DNA from: Corallochytrium limacisporum Hawaii
Lineage: Eukaryota; Protista; Pluriformea
Direction of reading: 5' to 3'
DNA length: 40,334 bases
Assembly (NCBI GenBank): GCA_002811645.1
Contig: PDIP01000139.1
Coordinates: forward strand, 1 to 40,334
In this document: piece by piece, positions 31,669-40,334 of the stretch
Position numbering within the stretch: position 1 is the first letter of the stretch
How the letters are laid out: every line of letters begins with the position of its first letter
Translations under genes and position numbers: made by a program
The notes under the pieces: generated by a model
What the model saw: only the letters and a program-made list of their open reading frames with translations
The model's database searches: none
What the model was told of the DNA's origin: nothing

Positions 31669-32091
31669 TTACATGCCAATAGCGGAGAAATCACCATAGG
31701 ACCAAGCAGCCTTAATCTTGAAGTTATCAAGAGTAGAGTTGCGGGCCAGCTGGTAAACGTCACAGAAGGAAACAACAATCTTGGTGTCGTCCAGCATGGT
31801 GTACTCAATCTTACCCTGAGTGAAGATATGCTCATCGGAGCACTGACTGACCAGGTCGAAGTGACGACTTGCCTTGACGACAGTTTGCAGGCGCTGCATC
31901 ATTTGCTTGATGGCACGACGGCCGCGGGTGGGGTGGCCGTTGTTGATGGTCCAAGAACCATCCTCGGTCCAGCAATTTGCGAACTTCTCAGCGTCATTGT
32001 GGTCAAAGTAGTCACCGAAGACGGTCTTGGGGATCTCCTGAGGAGCGTACTCCAGAGCGCGGCGGTTCAGTGTAAGAGCTGCGGAAACCAT
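31669..32091 (-). CDS. SnoaL/NTF2-like fold protein, 140 aa
   Basis: FD..DAEKFANCWTEDG.W..NGHPTRGRRAI..., FCDVY and KI....YGD pattern. ATG at 32091 has a good context (acaaaATGg) and codon bias is strong; the upstream part of the 238-aa ORF is non-ATG and not coding-like. Confidence 0.85.
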   Translation of the reverse strand: MVSAALTLNRRALEYAPQEIPKTVFGDYFDHNDAEKFANCWTEDGSWTINNGHPTRGRRAIKQMMQRLQTVVKASRHFDLVSQCSDEHIFTQGKIEYTMLDDTKIVVSFCDVYQLARNSTLDNFKIKAAWSYGDFSAIGM

Positions 32092-35000
32092 TTTGTCTGT
32101 GTTGGATTCTGAAAAGGTGCTAAGATAGCTGTGTTGAAATTGTACACAATGCTTGTGTAAAGTAGTAGACGTCGATGATGACCTGGTTGAAGATACTGTC
32201 TTAGGTCTACATCGACCTGTTAAATACCACAGCTGGCCGACATCAACAAGAAAAACAGGACACAGACCTGAGCATCCATCTAGGAATTGTCTGGCATATC
32301 GGAAACTTGGTTGTGTGTCTCTGTGTTTCGGTTCATAGGCACTCGATCTGGTCAGAAAATGCTGTACACACACTCCAATTCCCACCGATGAACAATGCCC
32401 CTATAGAAACAACTTTCCCCCTCTCCCCCCCTTCACTTGCTCTGCTCTCTGTTTGCCTCTACCTTGCCGCACCCAAATAAAAATTTTGGACCATCTATGG
32501 TGCGTAGACTATGATTTTTTTTTTTCATCTGTGGACACACAGAGCGGGAGAGTGGGAGGGAGGTATCTCCCGCGCCCTTCCGTCTGCCCACCGCATCTCG
32601 GCTTGCACAGTCGCTTTCCCCCCCCCCCGTTCCCCTCCTTGCTTCCTTCTCCCCCGGGGGGACATCTTCCCCCAAAATCTTTTGACTGCTTCGTCCCCAC
32701 CCCCTGTCCCCGCTGTGGATACAAACTTTTCTACGTAAAAAGAGCGGAAGAAAAAAATAAGACCGAACAGAAAGCGAGAAAAAATTTCTCCGGTCCCCTA
32801 GAAAAAACCCACCAGCGGACCCCGGATAGGAACGAGAGAAATTGAGTTGCCTGAATTAGGATCGCATTTTCCGAGAAAAGGGGCCATATATAATATACTA
32901 CACATTATAGTTGACCAGTCAGCAAATTCCAAATTTCTTTTGGTTGCTGTTAAAGATGTGGTCGCTTCCCCTAGTTTCTTTTGTGTGTGTGCCGCCTTCC
33001 GCGCCCACAAAAAAAATCGTTCGGTTCACTGACCGCTACACCGAAAACAAACAGAGACCAAGCAACAAGAGAGAGAGAGGCACCCAATTCATACCAGAGC
33101 CAAATAAAGAGACCCAGCTGCAACACTGTTGATCTCACAATGAAATAGTTGTGTATTCTTCAGATAAGTTTGCAAGGGGGAGGGGGTCTGATTCAATTTC
33201 CTGGGGGGTTCCTTGCAAGAATCAAACGCTTTTTCTTGAGTCAGACAAGGACCTGGGGGCTTGGTTTTTTTTTTTCCAGGTTTCTTTTGTAGACGACGAC
33301 TGTGTGTCGTATCGGAGCGGGAAGAGACAAGAAAGATATCAACGACACAATCCAACCCAACCGTACAGAGAACATGTTAGATGGGGAGGGAGTGGGGGAT
33401 TGCAAAAAATGGTAGTCGGGGAGTCCTTCGTACGAGCAGACTAGCAGCTCCATGCACTTGCTGGTTTCTTTCGGTGTTGTTGTCCGAAGATCTTCATGCT
33501 CTCGTCCAAACACGAATGAGTGAGGCATGCATGGCTGAGAAGTCTCTGGGGTCGGAAGAACTGGAATGTGTCTACCATTGCTGTTTCCGTGTAGTTTTGG
33601 TGCATTGTGCGCTATAGTTTTGTAATATTCCGGAGAAACTATGCCCACCACCACCAATGTGAACGAGCGAGCGGGGGTAAAAATGTGTATCGATTTCGGG
33701 GCAGTATTAAGCAGCTGATTTAATACCAAACGAAGAATGGATAGGTGCTGCTCAAGAAATATGTTTGGGGATACTATCCATAGAAACATCCCATGTATTA
33801 TATACTTAAATATATTAGAGCAAGTTTCAAAGTACGAGAGGATGTATATACCAAAAATTAACGAAGAAGGGCAGTTCTGAAAAGAAGAAAAAAGAAACTA
33901 GGAGATGGATGAATGGCGGCACCTTTTAACGTCCCCCCTCCTCCCCCCCCCCTTTCCTTCTCCTCTCTTTCTTCTACCTGATGGCCTCGTCTCATTGGAG
34001 AAACAAGACGTTAATTAGATGGCAAGCCCGCTATTATACACAGGTATTGAAAATTAAGTAATACATGGTTTCTTTTTCTTTTTTTGACGGAGGGGACCTT
34101 TTCTTTTTCCGAGCCAACCACAATTGGACTGGAGACGATGGCGGAGATGTGGCAACTTTGTGAATGGGTAAATCAGGTGAACGAGCACCCCTCTTTTGGT
34201 TCTAAAGGGTTTGTCACTAGGAGAAAAGGGTACTGAACTCATGATCTATCGGACTCCGGATCTCTCTGGACGCCGGAGACTGATATGTTATGGGTGGTGG
34301 GAAGCAACGCATACGTGTCAATAAATGTATGTTGCCGTAGCCAACAAAGACAAATCGAGTGAAAGTATACTTTGTGGTCATCTGTGCTGGATAGATATAA
34401 CGTACCATTCGCCTTGTCACGTACGTTTAATTCTAAAACAGGTATTCTCGAGGGCACAGTGCCTATCAACCCCAACTCAGATTGAAACACCAACAAGGGT
34501 TGAACTGGACTGTTTAACCGACCCCTCTCTAATTAACTTTGATTGCCCACAAAACATGCACGTAAGATTTTCCCACCTCTCTCGTGCGCCACCGCACTCG
34601 GGTCGCCGCCATTTTGCTAGGTGCTCAATGATTGATATAGGTCTCTTGAAACCTTTCTAATGTATCTGCTCGGTTACCAGTACCAAATGGTTTAATATTT
34701 TCGGTATATCATGAGCAGTCAGCGGGTATGTGGGTTGTTTGTCCATATCGGTGGCCGGTATTTTGGATCCTCAAGAGCTCGTGCAAGACCGCTTGAGATC
34801 GAATGGATAAAAAGAAAACCATCGGAGCCAAACCAGACTGGGGAATCGTATAGTCTAAGATATATATCTGACTTCTCATACAATACTGATGGGGAAACGT
34901 TGGGCCGCCACTTTGTTGTTGACTTGCCGCTGCGTCGTTCAGAGACTCTTCTTGTCTTCCGCATTGCAGTGGTGTCCACAAAGTCACAATATTTTTTTTT

Positions 35001-37298
35001 TCTTTTGGGAATACTCCCTGCTGATAATAATACATCTAGGGAAAAAGTAAGAGTGGATCACGACTAGAATGACGAATTTTGCTATCGCAATTGCGAATAC
35101 TGATCCAAAGGACAACTTGTTTCCATGGCTCGGAGCATCCCCGACTATGGTCTCCATTCTGTGTTTGTGCAGTTTTGGCAGTAAATGTACTGACGTTATT
35201 ACGCGCTTCGCACGTACAAAAGATATTCCATGGAGAACCCATGATCTCTCTTTTCGCTCTAGTTTTACAAATGTGAGAAAACTGGGCCCGGTGACATTCC
35301 CAGGGAACAGCCAGCGTTCCCAGCAATTTCTAACAAAGCGGGAAAACGTCATCTCCCTTTCCAACTGGTGGGGTGAATTATAGATAATGAATTGGGTAAT
35401 CCTCAGCCAATATTCCGTGTGTATGTCTTGTGTGGGGAGGGGAGGGAGAGGGATAGAGAAAGACGGATGTGACAGATTTTTGAGCCACGTCAAGAGTTTC
35501 CCGTCGCTCTCGTCTTCGCTTGCCCTGAGGAGCCCGTTCCTTGTTCCCTCTCTCCCGCCTGCAAACCAAACACTACAGAGGAATCCGACATATTTCCCCA
35601 ACATTTAGTACTGGAAATGACCATATCATTGATGTCACACCATGGGATGCGCACGGTTATTTTGGTCTTTTTTTGGCGCCGTTTGCTTGCACCCCACCAC
35701 CCTTTCCCTTACTGCCGTCATCACTCCACCCCCTTCCTTGTCCATTCAAGGTCATTTCAAAGTGCATTTTGAAACGATGGAGACGCGGGTGTAGAGCTGC
35801 ACAAAAAATCACGGAAAACAGCACATAGAGTGAGTACTAAAATGGCCACCGGAGACCCATCTATCCGGTGCTAGTGGTGGTGCCCGTAGGCCAGGAAAAG
35901 GAGAGGAAGTGCTAGGGACGGAGAGCACTCCAAATAAGGGGACCGGAGTTGAGACATGCATCCAATCGTCGTAGCAGTTTCCATTTTCGCCCCACCGAAC
36001 ACACATCTATAATTTTTTTAAAGAAAAGAGGTCATAGATTTATCAATAAAGTGGGAGGGGGCCTCAAAGGACAAGTGTTTTATTGGTCCTGTGGTTGCAC
36101 ATTGCAGTATTTTTTTTTAAAATTTACAAAGAGACGAAAGCGACTGAGAGATTGCACGACGATGAAAAATTTCTTCTGTGCCGCGGTGTCCTTCAGGGAC
36201 CCCATCCGCTTCGCATACACTTCTCGAGTACTGGTACGCCCCCGCATTGACTGATAGCAGTCGCATATTTATATATTAAATGCATGAATGAATATAGCTG
36301 TGTGCGATAGAGATTTACAATATAGTGTGTCTCCCAGTAAGTTTAGAGAGACACATGCTACTTGAGACAAGTTCCTGAGAATAAAGTGGGGGAACTGGCA
36401 CTCTTTCCTTTTGTCAAGGAGCGAGAACGATCGAGGAAAGTATGGGAAGGCAGCGTGCGGGTGGACCGAACTCTTCATAGTGAGTAGTAAGCAAATGGCA
36501 GGTTCGAGTGGGAGAGAATGACCTCAGGGTGTTGGTCGTTATTCAGAAGAAGGAGCCAAAAGACTAACGACCATCTCTCGATCTCTCCCATACATACACC
36601 AGTACTGGTCTTGTACACGATACCTATACTTTCTACGCCACACTTTGAAATCACCAATTTCTATTTCCGTTTTCTTTCCCTCTCCACCCTAGTATTTTCC
36701 TTTTTGGATGATTGTCAAGGGCAAAAAAAGTTCTCAACCTCCTGTGTCCATACAAACTGAATTAAAATTTTCCTGAAAAAGGTACTGGTCTAACAATGGC
36801 AAGCAGAGTTTCGTGGGGCCAACGACGGAGCAGAGGGAACGGAGGTGTAGCAGCATGCAGGGTAGAGATTTGTTCTCTCTTGAACCGTATTTACCGTCAT
36901 CCTGCGCTGATTAGGGTCAAGCAGGCCCTAATTTGCCCCCAGTCATCTGCAGTGTCATTCAGATTTAGATAGACAGCTCCACCGTTCGACGAGCGGATGG
37001 GTCCAATAAGTGGAGCCGTCCGTACCTACCCACCCCTCCCCTAACGGGCAACTGATACCAACTTTGTTGGGGGGGGGGACGGCTGGAGGGCTGCGATTTA
37101 GTGATTGAATGGGGTTGAGCGGTTACCCCATAGACAGCATAGGGCGTGGGCAGCGGTGGGTCGATACACAAATGCAAGACTTATTGTTGTTGTGTTTGTG
37201 ATAGCTGGGCCTTCCAGTGCAATAGAGACGGTTCCGGGAGATCCTGACCATACCTGAGTCTGCCGACGTAGGCAGTCAAAATTGGATCGAATGTGTTT

Positions 37299-37317
37299 TG
37301 TGTGTGTGTGTGTGTGT
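37299..37317. repeat. (TG)9 microsatellite
   Basis: Directly visible. Confidence 0.9.
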
Positions 37318-40300
37318 CTGTGGCACACCATTGATGAAGTCAGGTTCTGAACATGTATCTAGGGGACCTGCTGAAGATGGCCAAGCTGTACCGCACCGAA
37401 TGTACGATAAAGGAGCTGCAATGCCTTCATCAGGTTGTGACAGTGAGTGTGGTCCCCCCCTGAAGGTGTGGGGTTTTTTTTTTGGAGTCATCCCGTGTCT
37501 ATTTACGGATTTCCAGGAGTGGGCGGCCTACGTGTTGGCAAAAGTTTGTATGGAGAATTTCTCTTGTCACTGCGGCAGTTAAGGGTACGGTCAGCAGATC
37601 AATTAGTATGGAAACGAGGAAAGTGGCCGCTTGTCTACGTTTTGTGGTCCGCAGCCAAGATGTCACGTTTCCTCCTCATGCAGAGAAAACTGATAAGACC
37701 GGCAATTGGATCGGGGACGGTACACTCGCGCAGGGGAAGGACCAGGCAGACAGGGACCAGTTGGTATAGGAAACTGCTCTGGTTGTGTTCGTAGAGATGT
37801 TTACACAGCCTACATACGCGTGTGTGGAAGGGGTATGTATGCGTGTCGCCCAGGCACGCGCACAAGCACGAGACCGGGACAAGGGCAACAATACGAGAAG
37901 GGGATTGTTCCTCAATCGTCTCGCCGATGACTATGAGACAGCACTGCAGAAGCGGGGCGGGACCCAACAGAAATTTTCGTGTAGTGACCATCTAGAATTG
38001 ACACCTTAGAAATGAGGAAACTGAGGGAAGGGTCACCATGGTTGGATGTTTTTTTTTTTCTTCCCGGGTCAAGCACAGCAATCATGGAAGTGCTACAACA
38101 CTATGATCTGAGAGCTGGCGGAGGGAATAAGGTTACTGGAAAACTGCAAGGCGATGAGGAAAAGTGTATTCTCTGCGTATGCATAGATGTTCGGGGTACT
38201 TGCTGCAACCTGGGAAGGGAAGTACATTTGTTAGAGAAATTCGGAGTACGCGGGCGGAGGCACGAAGAAACTGTTGCATTGATACAGTGCTGTATCCGCC
38301 CGTGTACGTGGGTTTTTGTGTGAAGGTTTCCTCCGTATCCCATGCCTTTGCTATGCCAACAATAAGCACATCACCCAGCAGTACAGTAGTACGATGTACC
38401 GGCATCTGTGGAATCGTGCAGAAGAGAGATGTACGACTGAGCATGGAGATATAACAGAATAAAAAGAGTCTTGAGAGAAATGGGTAATAGTACCTTGCTG
38501 ACCTGGTTTGCTGAAACAGGAATGTGTTTGGAGTGGAAGGGATGTCTAGAGAGGGGGGGACCACTTTGCATTTGTCGGCCAGAGCGGGAATCGGCCACAG
38601 AAAAGTGAGTCGGCGGATGCAGCGGTATGCCTGTAATCTTCCCGGGTTGTTATCTGCATGGGGGAGGGGGTTTAGATTGGAAGGGAGAGACACAGAAAGT
38701 TGACTCTTCAATTCTGACTAGTACGGAGGAGATTAACCAATCCTTTCGACCACCCCGAAAACCATCGATCTTTGCGTGAGATCACCACAGGATCTGAAGG
38801 GCAACGATCAGACCTATGGGGAGAGAGACACACTGTTCAAATTAGACGACTTCCTCTTTGATTCGATGTGTGATAAATTTTCATAACGATGAATACTTGC
38901 GGTTTGAAACTTCGAAAACTTGGGTCCGACGTTTGTATGTGTCCTTGATAAATCTGCCTGGGATTTACATACCTCAGTTTATCTTAGGGATTAGTCACAT
39001 GTATATTAAATGTACTGTACAAGGTATCCCCAGTAGATAATTCCCCGCAAGCTTCCGATCTGCAGGCAGGTCTTGAACACCTGATTCGGCTGCGGAAGGT
39101 CTCATGCACATGGAAGCGATTGTTATGAACCAGGGGGGAGGTCTGTTGCCCACTTGGTCTTGCCCTTACCTCACTCACTGTCTTTCTTGTTTCAGTTTCC
39201 CTTCATAAAATTTTTGCTGCCTAGCACAACAACAACAAAAGAGAGCCCTAGGGTGGCTCCAGGTCTCTGTGATTTTCGTTTAGACATCGTCAATGGGTTA
39301 GTTTTTCTAACATTTTGCAGCTCTGCAGCCGCACGGGAAGGCATTTTTCTACGCCCTCCTCTCACCACGCAACAGCAAGCAACCGTTACAAGCAACTGTG
39401 AAGAGGAAATGGTGGTAGACCACTGCGCAAGTCTTACGATGGCACAAAAAGACCAGGGGGCATATCGTGCAATACCGCTGGGGGGTACACAGGGGAGAGG
39501 TATCTTGGGATCCTCTGTTCTCAATATTTCTCCCCTCATAGTAAAACATGAGCACGTTTTGTGATTTTTGTTGGAGCTAGTGCTACGTTCAGTGAGCTCC
39601 AGTATGGCGAGATCGGCGCCCTATTGTCCCCTTTGAGCAGTGACTTTCTCTCCACACCATCTCGGGCCTGGGCCCCTAGTAAAAGTACGGGAGTGAACCG
39701 TTAGAGAGTTTGCTCCCCGCTTTCCTTCCACTGCTGTGGATGATATCATCATAGACGATTTGGAAGCATCTGGACGGTGTCAGTGTGTCTGTCGCCCATC
39801 TGCACTTGGGAATCCACGCCCGTACTCACAGTCACTTTCTATAGTGAATGGCCAAGGGACCGCAGAACCCTAGCACTCTCGGGCTTGTTTCTATGCTACT
39901 ACTCATCCCCGAACGTTCGATCCCTACGCATTCCAACGGGGACTGAGACGGCCAACACCATGGACCTGCCATCTCTAATTAAACTGGGGATGCTCTCTGC
40001 TGTCTCAAACGCCTGCAGCAGGAGACTCACAGCAGGGGCATCAAGCAACATGTCTAGTAGCTATCATCTTCGCAACAATAGAGGTCGGAAAACACCTGGC
40101 TTGTTGCGGGTACAGATGAAGCCATCACCTCACCGAGAGCATACTGGTATGATGGAACGCCAAGAAAGTGAGCGCCCGATGACACTGCCACTGTGAGGAA
40201 CTACTTCGGTGTTTCACGTTCCATGCATGCTGGCTTTGCTCCGTCAGATGAGAATTTGTTTGTAATGTACTATCCTCTGAGTTGAATGTATACTCCGTAT

Positions 40301-40334
40301 CCAACCAAAATTTTCGTTCGAAAATATATACCGG

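Noticed and set aside
1-40334. CRISPR arrays, rRNA/snRNA, transposons, telomeric arrays
   Set aside because: No regularly spaced repeats, RT/transposase motifs, terminal repeats or recognisable RNA-gene sequence seen by eye; TTAGGG occurs only as isolated copies.

Overview
Eukaryotic genomic DNA with 13 credible protein-coding genes, all apparently single-exon, in the first ~32 kb, a 219-N assembly gap, and ~8 kb with no recognisable gene at the end. Genes in order: DAAM-type formin (-), OsmC/Ohr peroxidase with a mitochondrial-type leader (+), NTMT1 N-terminal methyltransferase (-), RimI-like GNAT acetyltransferase (-), RalBP1-like RhoGAP (+), NudC/NUDT12-13-like Nudix hydrolase (-), OMA1 M48 peptidase (-), SDR ending in SKL (+), an unknown protein with a Cys4 motif and a Skp1-like POZ domain (+), secreted alpha-carbonic anhydrase (-), haloalkane dehalogenase (+), MJ1255-type glycosyltransferase (+) and a SnoaL/NTF2-like protein (-). 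Animal-type signalling genes without introns suggest an intron-poor unicellular holozoan (inference). The strongest candidate for something new is the GNAT-NTMT1 pair. They are 22 nt apart on the same strand, the upstream ORF is almost free of AUGs, and a 6-codon uORF overlaps the GNAT start, which together suggest a bicistronic mRNA for two protein N-terminal modifying enzymes. Also notable: a PTS2 motif on the dehalogenase, the Skp1-like fusion protein, and G-tract/G4 motifs in every spacer lying upstream of a gene. All family assignments are by eye from motifs; no searches were run.
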